A stretch of DNA of 64,000 nt from Adineta vaga. Taxonomy: Eukaryota > Animalia > Rotifera. Shown here one piece after another: positions 1 to 12,503 of the stretch. The position numbers and the translations under genes were made by a program. Within the stretch, counting starts at the first letter, position 1; every line of letters starts with the position of its first letter. The notes under the pieces were generated by a model. That model was given only the letters and a program-made list of their open reading frames with translations. It had not been told where the DNA came from and made no database searches. The stretch is taken from the NCBI GenBank assembly GCA_021613535.1, contig CP075494.1, positions 7,626,001 through 7,690,000 on the forward strand. The letters are read 5' to 3'.

Positions 1-868
1 AGAATTATATGGTGAATATCGTTGCGGCAAATCACAATTATGTCATCAAGTTGCTGTCACTTGTCAAGTACACTCATTTGCTGAAAATTGAATTTCAATT
101 TTACTGTTCATTTTAGTTACCAATAGATATGGGTGGTGGAGAAGGAAAAGCAATCTATATAGATACAGAAGGTTCATTTCGTCCGGAACGTTTATTAGCT
201 ATTGCTGAACGTTATGGTCTATCTGGTCAGGATGTCTTAGATAATATTGCCTATGCACGTGCTTATAATACCGATCATCAAATTCAATTGTTATATATGG
301 CATCTGCAATGATGTGTGAATCGAGGTATCAGAAAGATCTCTATTGCTATAGATGCATATAAAGTTGTCTTCAATCTAGATATGCAGTATTGATTGTTGA
401 TAGTGCTACGTCACTTTTTCGAACGGATTATTCTGGTCGTGGAGAATTAGCAGCAAGACAAATGCAATTAGCAAAATTTATGCGTATGTTATTACGTATT
501 ACAGATGAGGTTCGAATGATCTGTTTGCATTCGTTCTTTCAATAAGATTGAATTGATTTTAGTTCGGTGTTGCAGTATTACTTACAAATCAAGTCGTTGC
601 TCAAGTTGATGGTCAAGCTATGTATGGTGATCAAAAGAAGCCCATTGGTGGAAATGTAATGGCACATGCATCAACAACACGGTAGTGAAAATTTTCATTT
701 AATTTTCATTCTAATTTTTGATGATTTTCTAGGCTTTATTTGAAAAAAGGCAAAGGTGATTCACGTATTTGCCATGTAGCCGATAGCCCATGTTTACCTG
801 AAACTGACGCAATATTTGCTATTGGCCCAGAAGGAATTGTTGACGCAGCACCCAAAGATCTTTGTTAA
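1..868 (+). CDS. RAD51: RAD51 recombinase, 3' portion (5' end outside window); exons ~1-67, 117-325, 380-509, 563-681, 733-868
   Basis: Spliced translation [41 protein letters not shown]...[20 protein letters not shown]...[10 protein letters not shown]...[24 protein letters not shown]...DSPCLPE; RAD51-type rather than DMC1-type L2 loop; GT-AG introns of ~50 nt; TAA at 866-868. Confidence 0.95.
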
Positions 869-1917
869 TTGTATATAGATATATCTTTCGATTCTTATCC
901 AATGACAAAATAAGTCAAAAAGTTGTGCAGATATTTCGTTTATTCGATAGTAAATTTATGTTTGTGTTTAAAAAAGATTAGTGAAAACATTTTTTGAAAA
1001 TAAAATTTTTTATATTGATGAAGAATAATTAAAAATAAGCATGTAATTGTAAGAAGATTCTGCTATTGTATTATTTATATAAGTGGAAATGTTTAATTTC
1101 TATACTTCGAAGCAAGCTTCTATGACATACTTGTTTTAATGATCTTTTCTAGTTAAAGTAATATTTATACAACAGTAATTAGTTTTTTTTTCAATATTAC
1201 TTACAGAAGGTTGCGGAGCGCTCTACTTCCTTACTTTGATGACTTATTCTTTTCGATAAAAGATCATTCACTTCTTTCACCATCATATTGTTTTTAAATG
1301 ACACCTCTGAAGAAACACGTTACATTGCGTTTCTAATCTACATTGTTTTTCAAAAAATATAAAATGTGGAATATCACGCATCTATTCAATATTTTTATCG
1401 GATAGAATTTTTTCTTAAGAAAAAAAGTCAACTTTACCTGGATTCATTGAATCTACCATCCATAAAAGTAGAAACAAGAAGAATTTCTGATATTGACATT
1501 AGTTAGGATGTTAACTCTGTCACTTTAGTGAACCGAGTAAACATGCTTTCATAGGAAGTGCAAAGATCATGATTTGGTCATTATTACATTTTTCAGAACT
1601 TTGGATTAAAATACTGAAGCAAACATAATTGATATTTTAAAATTGTAAACTATACTATAGTCGAGTTTTCCAGCTCGGAAATTCTTTTCCATTTGTCGAA
1701 GCAACTACGCTTAGGTGTGAATAAGTTGATCATTGAAGAAAACAAAAAGTAATCGAATACTTCTGTTTTAATACTAAAATAACTTCAATTCAGGTTAGTT
1801 ATTCTATTTCATTTACTAAGAAGTAAAACTATAAATGATATCTGCCTTGAGAAAGAATTTTGTTTTTCTTCTCTAGTTGAAATATCATTAATATTCAAGT
1901 AGAAAACAAAGAAGATT

Positions 1918-2841
1918 ATGTCGACGAACGGTACAGCAATGAATGCGCTATCAACAGAAACTTGGATTGTTGCTTATTATTCATTAATATTAATGATTGT
2001 TGGAACAATTTTCAATCTTCTAACCCTCGTTGTACTTTGTCAATCAACATTTCGAAATGGAAAAAACAGAGGTACATTGTATTATATGCGTACAATCGCT
2101 ATATTTGATATTTTAATGTTATATGGATGGAATCTTGATCATTTTGTATATCCTGTATATGGATTTACTCTTTTAAAATATTCAATTCCATCATGTAAAT
2201 TCATAAGTTTTATTAGTTATTTTACTCCACAAACATCAGCATATCTTCGTGTATTTATTTGTATTGATCGATATTTTTCTTTGAGTGGTCTTCATCGAGT
2301 TTGGATTCATCGTTCGAAAAATATTCTAATCATCATTGTTTGTATCATTACAATTGCAATATTATTAAACTTACATATCCTGATTTTTGTTTGTTTTACA
2401 AGAAAAAATGGAGCTATCGCTATCGATGCTGTATCTTATCAACTCTATCCAATGTGGGATTATGTTAATTTAGGTGTATATAATTGTCTACCATTCCTAT
2501 TGATGGTCACTTTCAATAGTGGAATTATTTATCATCTAATTCGACTTCGTCGGACAACAACAATCCTTCAGTCACATCTTCAACATCGATCGATTACGAT
2601 CACATTAATTATCACAACATTTCTCTTTCTTATTATGACAATACCGGCAACAGTGGCTTATGCATATTTTATTCAAACGAATTCCACAGTTCTACGACTT
2701 CTAGATGGAATTCTTTATACATATCATATCGCATCATTTCCATTATACATGATTACATTGCATAAATTTCGACGAGCATGTATCGCTATGTTGACCGGTA
2801 AAAATCATCATCGTAGAGTTCAACCTCAAATGCAAAACTGA
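1918..2841 (+). CDS. Intronless class A (rhodopsin-like) 7TM GPCR, peptide-receptor-like orphan
   Basis: 307-aa ORF with seven hydrophobic segments, GTIFN in TM1, IAIFD in TM2, C at top of TM3, CIDRY motif, CLPF in TM5, IPA in TM6, FR helix 8; N-glycosylation sequon at the N-terminus. Confidence 0.88.
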   Translation: MSTNGTAMNALSTETWIVAYYSLILMIVGTIFNLLTLVVLCQSTFRNGKNRGTLYYMRTIAIFDILMLYGWNLDHFVYPVYGFTLLKYSIPSCKFISFISYFTPQTSAYLRVFICIDRYFSLSGLHRVWIHRSKNILIIIVCIITIAILLNLHILIFVCFTRKNGAIAIDAVSYQLYPMWDYVNLGVYNCLPFLLMVTFNSGIIYHLIRLRRTTTILQSHLQHRSITITLIITTFLFLIMTIPATVAYAYFIQTNSTVLRLLDGILYTYHIASFPLYMITLHKFRRACIAMLTGKNHHRRVQPQMQN

Positions 2842-3324
2842 TAGAATGTTCATAATTGTAAATAGTTTATTTTTCTATAACTTGTAAAGATGATAAAATA
2901 TGATTTCTTGTATTAGTTTATACAACATAACTCAGACATCTTCATCATACGAGTGTTCATAACAGTGAAGATTATTTAAAATAACTCGAATTAATTGAAA
3001 ACTTTCAAGTTATTGTTAGTAACAGACACCTACAACTACTCAAAAGAAGTGAAAAGTCAATGCAGTCATGATGTTAGAATATCTATCACACGCATTCCCT
3101 AGAATTGATTGTTTGAAGTATAGGAAAATGAAAAGTTATTGTTTCAATATATTTTTCTAGTTGTACTTGACACATACTTTTTTTTATATATCAAACATAT
3201 CGAGCAAGAAAGAAAACCCACGAACAATACGATTCGGGTTGTTAAAGAAAAACAAAAAGAAGAAGAAGAAGAGAGAAGACGAATTACATCAATAGGAAAG
3301 AAAAAGTACAAAGTTCTATTTTTC

Positions 3325-6226
3325 TTAACGTGGTGGCGGTGGTGGAGGAGGAGCAGATTTCGGTAAAGGAGGTACAAAACCAGTATTATTGTTTTGATAA
3401 TATTGTTGTTGTTGATAAACACTTTGATAATACATTGCGTTGTATTGATTCCATTGATTCCATTGTTGCTGAGGATTGGACCATGAGGATGATGAATTCG
3501 TATTACTATTAGTTCCTCCATTCTCCATCAATGCTGGAATATGTTGAGCGCGATATGAGTCGCCTTCGATATAGGACGAATAATTATTATTACGATTATT
3601 TCGTCGAAGAAGATAATGTCCATCAAATACATCATTATTATTATATCGAGGGCCAGTATTACTCCAATAATTTGATGAAGACGAGGTCGATGATGGTGGT
3701 TGTGGTTGTGGTGGTAGTGGTGGTTGTAGTGATTGATTCGAAGAATTATTATTTGGATTGAGAGACATTAACGATGGAGGGTTCTAAATGTAGAATAAAA
3801 ATGTTTATATTTAATTTGATATTCTCATATAATAAACAGAAATCTCTCGAAATGAAGTTTATTACTTACATATCCATTCGTAGTATTTGTCGGTATATTA
3901 TTGTAAGATGCAGGTGTACCAGATGTATTATTTCCACCAGGCATTCCACCTGCGATTGCTAACGTAGGTCCACTTGTTCTTGATCCACTCATTAAATTTT
4001 TTCGATCTTCTAACGACAAAGCACTTGTATCCGAATCTTTTTTACCTGTTAGTTCATTAATTAAAGATTGATACTAAAAATACAAGAAAATCTTTACTAA
4101 ATCAATAGACATTTTTTACTTCGAAACACTTACTTCACAATCTAATTTTTGTTGTTCAACTCGATTTGCGCCAGCAATCATGAGTGATCCATCAGGATTC
4201 AATTCAGCATAAGTACCATCTGGATTTTTACGAAATTTACAATCTCCTGAAATATGTCCCGCTCCACCGCATATTGTACACACTATTGTATTTGTCACAA
4301 TCTTTTCAGCTTCAGTCATTAATTTGAGTTTACTAAAAGAGAGAAGAATATTTTAGAAAGAAAAATAAACCACAAATTTATTACTCACATGAGACAATCA
4401 TTTTCTCGTAATGTACCATGAAGTAAAGCTAATTCTCTTAGTTGTTGTTTACGCAATTCATTCATGCCTTCGGGTTCATCAATGGCTTGACTGATAATTT
4501 CATTGACTTTTTCCACAGCTTTAGCGACAATTTCTGGTGTAGTTCCAGTTATATAAGCATGTAATGGTTCATCTTCACCAGGCAATGGACCAAATTTGAC
4601 TAGACCCATTTTACCATCTTTAATTGAGCCTTTACCTAAAAAAAGACGAGATCGTACATTGGAAAATCCATATCGATTAGATTTTATACCTCTTATGATA
4701 ATTTTTGCATTAGTCTAGAGAAGAAAATGAAAAAGATTTTTCTTTTCTTTACAGATGAAAATATACAATGAGATAAATTACTTCTTTTTCTAATGTTTTG
4801 AGAGTGTTGCCACGCGGTCCAATAATTAAACCAACAAAATTAACTTCGGGATGATCTTCTTGTGGAATCATCACTTTATCAATATATTTTGCTTGTTGTG
4901 GTCTAAAAAACAAATACAAAATCAATCTCCTTAATTTAAATAAATCAATTTTCTCTAGATACATACTTATAATCTGCAGGTGCTTTATAATCTGGATTGA
5001 GTACCAATAATTCAGTAACAAGTTGATGACGTTGATCTTCAATTTTACGTCGTGCTCGAACTTCGCGTGTATTTTGTCGTTTTCCTTGTTGATCATAGAT
5101 GGGTTCAGGTGATGGCGATCTAAACAGAAATTCAATTAATTCTTTTCTATCAAGGATTCGTTTTTACTACATAAAAATTATGAAAATTAATACTCCATCG
5201 TGTAGAATACGGAACTAGAATACAAGAGAATATTAGAAATTCACCTGAAAGAAAAAATGATTAGAGAGGGATTCATTTAGAATACATGTTGGTTTGTACG
5301 CTTGGCTTTTTTTTTATATGTAATCTCACCTTGCAATATCAATTGACGTTCAACGTCACACATATACAGGAGAAGATGACTAGAAAAAGGAAGAGGAGTT
5401 TATTATTAGAGGAAAACAAATCATAATGGGAGGAGCACTTCTGTTCGGTATATATACGGTGCATTAGAAGTAGAATTCGTAGCACTAAATAAAACAAAAA
5501 AAAAAGAGAGAGCTTTTTCTTCATTATTAACTAACATAGAATCGATACTCATAGAAGAATGTATGGATAAAAACGAAAGGCGAAGAAAACGAGATAATTG
5601 AAAAGAAAGATGATAAGTAATTTTTTAATTATATTTACCTTGCTTCTATATTGGATGGAATACCTAGATCATTCATTTTTAAACGACGTGTTAATTCTTC
5701 AATTTGAACTTGTACTAAAAATGAAAGAAATATAAAAATTCAATTTAAATATCAAGAAAGTCTTACGAATATAAATTTTTTGTTGTTGATCGGTCATGTT
5801 ACTTGTCGAAATATTCGTTGGCATGTTTGGGAGAAAAACTCTTTCTGTTTCATCACCAAAACGTCGTTTGCGCTTTTTTTGAGTATTAATTCCATTCGTA
5901 TCCGCTGGAAGAGATAAACAGATGGTGAAATTCCTTGAAATGACTTCTTTCTTACCTGGTGATTGATCGCCTATTGGTGAGCTATTTTTTTCTTCATCTT
6001 TCACATCTAGTTTGGCCAAAACTGCTGGAGGTACCATTACAGAAGGAAGTCGTGCTTTATAGACGGAATTATTTCCATTTTCATTTGTTGATCCTTCTTC
6101 CTTTTTCATAGAAATATTCGTTGATGGTGGCGTACCTTCATCACTAGATTTACGGGAACGTTTATGACTTTTTTTATGTCGTCGAGATGGACTTCGACTA
6201 CGTGAACGAGGACTTCTTGAAGGCAT
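3325..6226 (-). CDS. SF1: Splicing factor 1 / branchpoint-binding protein (KH-QUA2, zinc knuckle, Pro-rich C-terminus), multi-exon
   Basis: RS-rich N-terminus, KKRKRRF ULM-like motif, RSPSPEPIYD motif (exon from 5119), NFVGLIIGPRGNTLKTLEKE KH domain, LRKQQLRELALLHGTLRE QUA2, CTICGGAGHISGDC knuckle, PPPPPPPR* end. Confidence 0.95.
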
Positions 6227-6807
6227 ACTTAGAACTTAGTTAGAATGAGAGTTTATTTTTGATGAATGAAACTGTTTTGTGTGAGAGAACAAGAAGTAAT
6301 TGACAAAGATATAGAAAGAAAATATTATTTACATCATTACTTTCATTTCATTGGTATAACTGCCTCCTTGAGAAAGAAGACACAAATTAATTGAGAAGAT
6401 TTTTCGTTAGATGTCGCTAGGTAATAATCGAATGAGATGTATGAGAAAACAATAAACATAAAATTGTTCATTTTAGTTAGATGAAAGAAACAATTTTGTA
6501 GCATTATTCAAGATGAAGTTCTCTATTTTTCAATATTCATAGCATACGTATTCTCCATATATTCACGATATACATTATATCGTTATAGAATAAAACACAT
6601 AACTTACCTTCAAATATATCTTCAATGAATAATTGACTTCATCAAACTATAGAAAAAAGATGATCATGAAAGTATACCAATGAAATCTTCGATGATTTTA
6701 TACAATTTATTAAAAATTAAAAAACAGACAATAAGTATAAGATATATATATATATTCGTGATTAAAATTTGTTAAATAAGAAAAAACAAATCGAAAAAAT
6801 CTCCTTG

Positions 6808-7311
6808 ATTGCGAAATTATCTGCGAACGAGTGTTCCTTCAATCAACATATTCCAATGAATTCTTAGACAAATTGTGATAGTTTGATTCTCCAAACTTTT
6901 CGAAAAGACGTAAATATTCGAATACGATCTATCTTGTAGCATCAATTCAGTTGATTACGTTTATCAATAAACAAATAAGATTCTTTCTATCGAAATTAAT
7001 GACTTAGATCTTTCAGATCATTCACCAACTTTATATTTATATACAAAACCAGATGAATGATATGAAAGAAACTAAGAAGAGAAAAGGTAACCCATTGACT
7101 GTTACAGATACAAAAAGTCTAAACTCAAAAATGATGTTTTTTTTTAATAGTAATTTTAAGTGGCGCAGGGAGAAAGGGGAAGTTGTTTTTGTGTCGAAAT
7201 AAGCACAGAACTCTTTTCGAGAAGTTTGGAAAATCAAACTATCATAATTTGTCTAAGAATTCATTGGAATATGTTGATTGAACACACTCGATACAAAGAT
7301 AATTTAACAAT
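6808..7311. repeat. Inverted repeat: arms ~6808-6908 and ~7212-7311, ~300-nt spacer
   Basis: Reverse complement of 6838-6908 matches 7212-7282 with only 3 mismatches (all transitions); weaker similarity extends ~30 nt further outward. Confidence 0.9.
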
Positions 7312-7568
7312 TAACAGTATTCTCTCGTATAAAGAAAAATACTACTATCAAAGTCTATTCATAAAAACGTAATCTATATTCTATGTATTCTTTCTGAATG
7401 ACTAACTCAGGTTAGTCATTCATGAAGAATACATAGAATATAGAATGCAATTTGAATTTATTCTTTTCGATGCACTGAAGTTGTGTGGACGCATCACGAT
7501 CTGCATGATGTATCATGTAGATCGTGATGCGTCCACACAACTTCAGTGCATCGAAAACACTTCTACAA

Positions 7569-10500
7569 TTACTCTTCAATTGCTTTAAACTCCTGAACAA
7601 TACTCGAAGTAACGAGATCTTCAGGTACTTTGCATGTCAATGCAATGCTATGAAGAACTAAAAGACACTGATGTGCTATCGGTTGTAGATTCTGACTACT
7701 ACTATGGTTTGCCTTGGAAAGGATATCAATTAAGAATAAAAATCCTTTGGCGATTTCATTTTCACATGACCTAGCAGACCTTTTTATGGATAAATAGTTC
7801 TCATCGAAATGACATTCTTTTTCTAACTGTTCAAGCCAAATTGATTTAGCGCTTACATTTTGAAATCTATTTTCTATCAAACGACTCACAATTCGATATA
7901 AAGTTTTGTTGTTACTAATTGATATTTCACTCATAGCCTGTTTTAACGCTTTGCCAATTTTTGCCATTGATTGGTAGTAACACAATAGTTATTGGCGGTC
8001 GTTCAGATCGATCTTTTTTAATTTGGCACAAAATATCAGCTACAGTCCATGGAAAGCTCAAACAAGGATATTGAGTTGATACGTACTCATTTATTGAAGT
8101 ACATGAATAAGCAACATAATACCAAGCTGCACCTTTTCGTTTAATATCTAAATCAGAACTAAAAACGGAGAAATGTTAGATAAGGATCTTAGTAAAATGC
8201 CTACAAATACATACTGTTTGTCGATATTGTTATAGAATAATTTTCATGTCTCGGCACGTAATGCTCGAAAGTCTTGACCTGCTGTTTCTGCATCTTCGTT
8301 ATTTGACGATTCCTCAGGTATATTAAAATGACAACGAGTGATTACTTCTGTTTCATCATTTAAACCGTAAGTATTGATAATCGTCCACATTTTATTACAA
8401 TAATTAGCATAGTCACGTTCTGCTTGTTTGATATATTTTTCGAATTCGACAATAAGAAAATCTGGATCAATTATAGGTTTTCGAATAATCTCGGTGCATG
8501 AAGAATGATATGAATGTAAATCTTCTACTTCGTGAAATAGATGATTCAATGCTTTATCACAACGAACTGTTTCTTTTGTTTTATTTTTCATAAAGCCCGG
8601 ATATTCATGAACATTATATTGTTGTAATATTTCCTCTGTGATTGAATTAACTCCTGTTTTTGGAAAATCTAAAGTATCGCTTATAAATTGAGCAATTTTA
8701 AGTGCTTTGGAATTATCCGGTGATTTTAGTGCACATATAGCCAGATGACGGCGAGATAAAATACCGATGTTACATCTATTCATGAGAATATCTAGAATGA
8801 ACTCGACTTGTTTACTTTTGGTATGTTCACCTTCAAATAATGTTTTCTCAGGTGCTGCATATTCTGCAGGCTCGTTCATTTGAGGAATTTGTTGAATAAG
8901 TTCGCTACTCCAGCAAGTCCAGTATTCGTCACCATCATAATCACCGCCAGCCATTTCAGTTGAATGAGGTCGAGGCCCTTTTACTGGAAAAACGATACAA
9001 TCGACATAATGATGAAGGCAAGGTTTATCAACAGCACGCAATACTCGAATATCACCCGGATGGTGACATGGCATTCGTCTAACAATTACATTTGTTTCAC
9101 AAATAATACGATATTTTTTATTGTGATCCGACTTTTCGTCTGTTATTTGTATGAATACTTCGCCATATTCGAGCGTATAAGTTTCATCAACAATACCATA
9201 AAGCATACGACCATCGCTCATTGAAATAGGAATATGTGTTTTCTCAAGTAATTGTTGTAATCTATTTAAAAGAAAGAAATATAAATGGAGACTCTTTGCA
9301 GTTTTTCATCTTAGATCAATAACTCACCGTTTACGGCAGAATGTCACTAATAAAGATCGAAAAAACGATTCCTGTGGTATTGAAATATCACTTTGGTCGA
9401 TATCCTTCTAATTATAATAATGATGATGAAGAGCATGTTGAAGTAACGACATCGATGATTTTGAGATATAAGACCCATGGATAGCTTTTTATGAAATCGA
9501 TTTTGGAATTCTATAAACATCGATGTAGGAATTCCCATATGTTCTAATAATGTGATAACTTGTCGATTAAATGAAATTGATTCTAAATAAAATAAATCAT
9601 TAAAAAGATATATAGAATGTGATAACAAGAAAAGAGAAGTTGAACTATCAACCAGTGAAAGTTTCATTTTAGTAGATCATGAATAGCATTTATAAAATTG
9701 ATATTTGTATTACATACTTGGTTTAGAATAATTCATTAATTCAATAACTAAATGATTCGATTCGAATTTCAATTGGCTCGGACGATAATGAATGACATCT
9801 CCTTGCAAATCTGGTGATTCGACTAATGTACCCTTCAAACCACCGCAACGAATTTGAATAACACATGGCAATCGCTTTCAACTGATGTCTTGTTTTTCAA
9901 CGACATCGAATAGCTTTTCAAAGAAAGATTATTACAAGATATCGAGAAAAAAAACATTCTCTATTTTACCTTGCGAAGAAGTAAACTCGATATTTTACCA
10001 CATCCATCTGTGAAACATCGATTTTTTGCATCAAACAAATCTGGAATAGGTATTAATTGTTTAGATTGAAGCTATAGTTTTAAAAGTCATATATATTTTC
10101 AAGTTAGATGAAATTTAATCTTACATTAATTCCATGGGTTGTCGATGTAAAACATTGTGCCATACGTGCAATTCTTGTTCCAATAGCTTTTTCGTGATTA
10201 AAATTGCCCATCCATTGAAGAATATGATCAACAGTATATTTGTATTTATGATAGAAATAGAAACTTGCGTCACGTAATTGACTATTTGAAAATAGTAAGA
10301 AGTGAAAAGGACTTCGACCAATAATTAAACCTTGATTATTAAGAATATTTTGAAGTTGTTGACGCCATGATTGAATAAGATCAGATTGAATTAAGTTCAT
10401 ATCACAATCGCGTAAAGTTACACGACAAAAATGTTCTGTTGCTGGACCAAATTCATCATGTTGCCGGAGAACACGATTTCCACGAAGTTGTTTCAGTGGA

Positions 10501-11507
10501 CGAGGATATTGACCATATGGTGTTAAGAAGATTCTTGGTACATAATCATATGATGGTTGTTTTGGAGGTATCCATTGTGGCTCGATTTTATCAAATTCTA
10601 TTTCAAAATTAAAGAATCGATTTTTCCTGGCAATATGATAAATGGCAATCATTTGCCGATAAAATCGATGTTCAGGATATTGTTCTTTTCTTGATTCAAA
10701 AGCTGATTGTTTTATCTTTGTCATTAATGCAGTAGTCAGACGATCTTTTATATTATAACCAAGTGATAAAACCATTTCCAAAGCATAGTGTGCAAGAAAA
10801 TTGTTATCACCCAAGAGTTTAAAATCCGTATTAGCTGCTTTATCCTGTATTTTTATTGGAGATACAGAATGAAAGCATTGTAATTGCATTTTATCAATTA
10901 AAAACTTCATTAATGTCTGATAACTTGATGGATCTGTCAAACAAATGACTGATGTATCGGCTAGATCAATTGATGTAACTTCTTCTGTGTACACAAAGCA
11001 ACGACGTAGATATTTTCCATCGAATTCTTCAAAGCATCGAGCAGGTTTTTTCAGTAATAAGAAGAAATGATAATTTTGATCAATTATAAAATACTTTTCC
11101 AAACAATCCATTGACAATAGAATACGGGCTTTTTGTTTGATCACAAAAATTTCTTTTCTATTGTTAACAATTTTCACGGAAATACCGTCAATTTTCTTAT
11201 GGGAATTAAATGTTGACATATCAGTTATTGAACCAAAGCTAATGGAAGGAATTATGTGCATAAATTGTCTTTTGAGAACGTTGAATTCATCATGATTAAG
11301 CCAAATATTAATCAGTGGTCTCACTTTTCGAATTTCGCATAAATTTAACATCTGGTTTGTGAATAGAACTCGACGTACGATTAAACCAGAAATATTTATC
11401 GATGGAGATTGCGTTTTATCGATAACATTACCGAATTTTTCAAGTATTGATGGAATATCTTTATCCGAATTGAATACAACTGTTACCGAGTTTGTTTGAT
11501 TCGTCAT
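7569..11507 (-). pseudogene. Cellular RNA-dependent RNA polymerase (RNAi RdRP family), disabled copy; 3' limit uncertain (may extend to ~6839)
   Basis: RdRP motifs FSNSQLR, RIARMAQCFTST, CFTDGCGKIS, PCVIQIRCGGLKG, PCHHPGDIRVL, GGDYDGDEY, DFPKTG, AAWYYVAY, LSFPW. Disablements: in-frame TGA 9878-9880, frameshift ~9460, TAG 9408-9410, TGA 8244-8246, probable frameshift ~7990. Confidence 0.85.
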
Positions 11508-12503
11508 ATGAAGAGAGTTGTTTATATAATGCTCTATAGAAGTATCTCCGCTATTTAAATACCTTGCAGAAGAACCGAGACGATGTTATCTTTCAAAGTT
11601 GAAGATGATAGGATTTCATTGGAAAATCAAATTCTAAAGTCAATATTTATATCGAGAACGAAGAAAACCATTGTTTTTTATACTATGAATCATTCTCCAT
11701 TTGTTGAAAATAACCAAGAAGAAAGTTTCTATTTCTAGTATGTATGACCCAAACGTTATCTTATATAAAACAGTACTTTTCTTTTTCAATGTATGAGTAT
11801 GATCAAAGATAAAACGGTTGAAGATTGATAGTTAAACGCGCTTTTGTTCTGTATGATGCTTTCTTAACATGTGCCAAGATATATCTGATTTTAGGTTATG
11901 ATATATGTTATAATATCTTCATGTCGAATGGTCTAGCAATGGGATCTTCATGTAGTAATCACTATTAGTGTTCCTTCTTGTAGTCATGATAACGATAATT
12001 GTAGGTTTATTCGACATAATTTCAATTATACATCTGAGACTAAAATGAATCTTATGAAAGCAAGATTTCGTTCTTTTTGCATCGAATTTCCAAAAGAATT
12101 CTCTTTTACTTTGAAGTAGACACATCTTAATAAAACTACAAAGCAAATTAAATTTCATAGAATCGTCTTTGAAAGAGTTCATCTATGCATAACAATCATA
12201 AAACTTATCAATTCATGTCTATATTTCGATTCGATCTGAAAGAACGCAATGTAGTTGTTTCATTAGCGCCCTCTACAATCGATTTGTTAGATTCGAGGAA
12301 ATACACAATAATTCTTGTTTCTCATTGGTTCAAATATTTCTCCATTGATCGTTCGTTCATTGTTCTAACGACCTTTTGTCTTGTTTGTTTTTGTTGTTCT
12401 CTTCTTGTTGCATCGTCGTTAGACCTCGAAAGCAGCTGATAAACCTTCTTCTAATTTACAGAATGCGTAACAAATCAGATAATTAATCACAACCAAATAA
12501 AAA

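Noticed and set aside
129-362. Possible DMC1 (meiosis-specific recombinase)
   Set aside because: Diagnostic segments ([31 protein letters not shown]) are RAD51-type
3139-3761. Plus-strand and alternate-frame ORFs with poly-Val/poly-Tyr runs over the SF1 3' end
   Set aside because: Shadow frames of the low-complexity Pro/Asn/Gln-rich SF1 last exon and UTR
5905-5955. Apparent 17-aa insertion in SF1 (similarly NAA60 18820-18879 and PCYT1 54185-54235)
   Set aside because: Stop-free introns of length 3n with GT-AG ends; removing them restores conserved motifs in NAA60 and PCYT1
8244-9880. In-frame TGA codons in RdRP as selenocysteine, readthrough or an alternative genetic code
   Set aside because: The same gene also has a TAG and frameshifts, and other genes in the window use TGA as a normal stop
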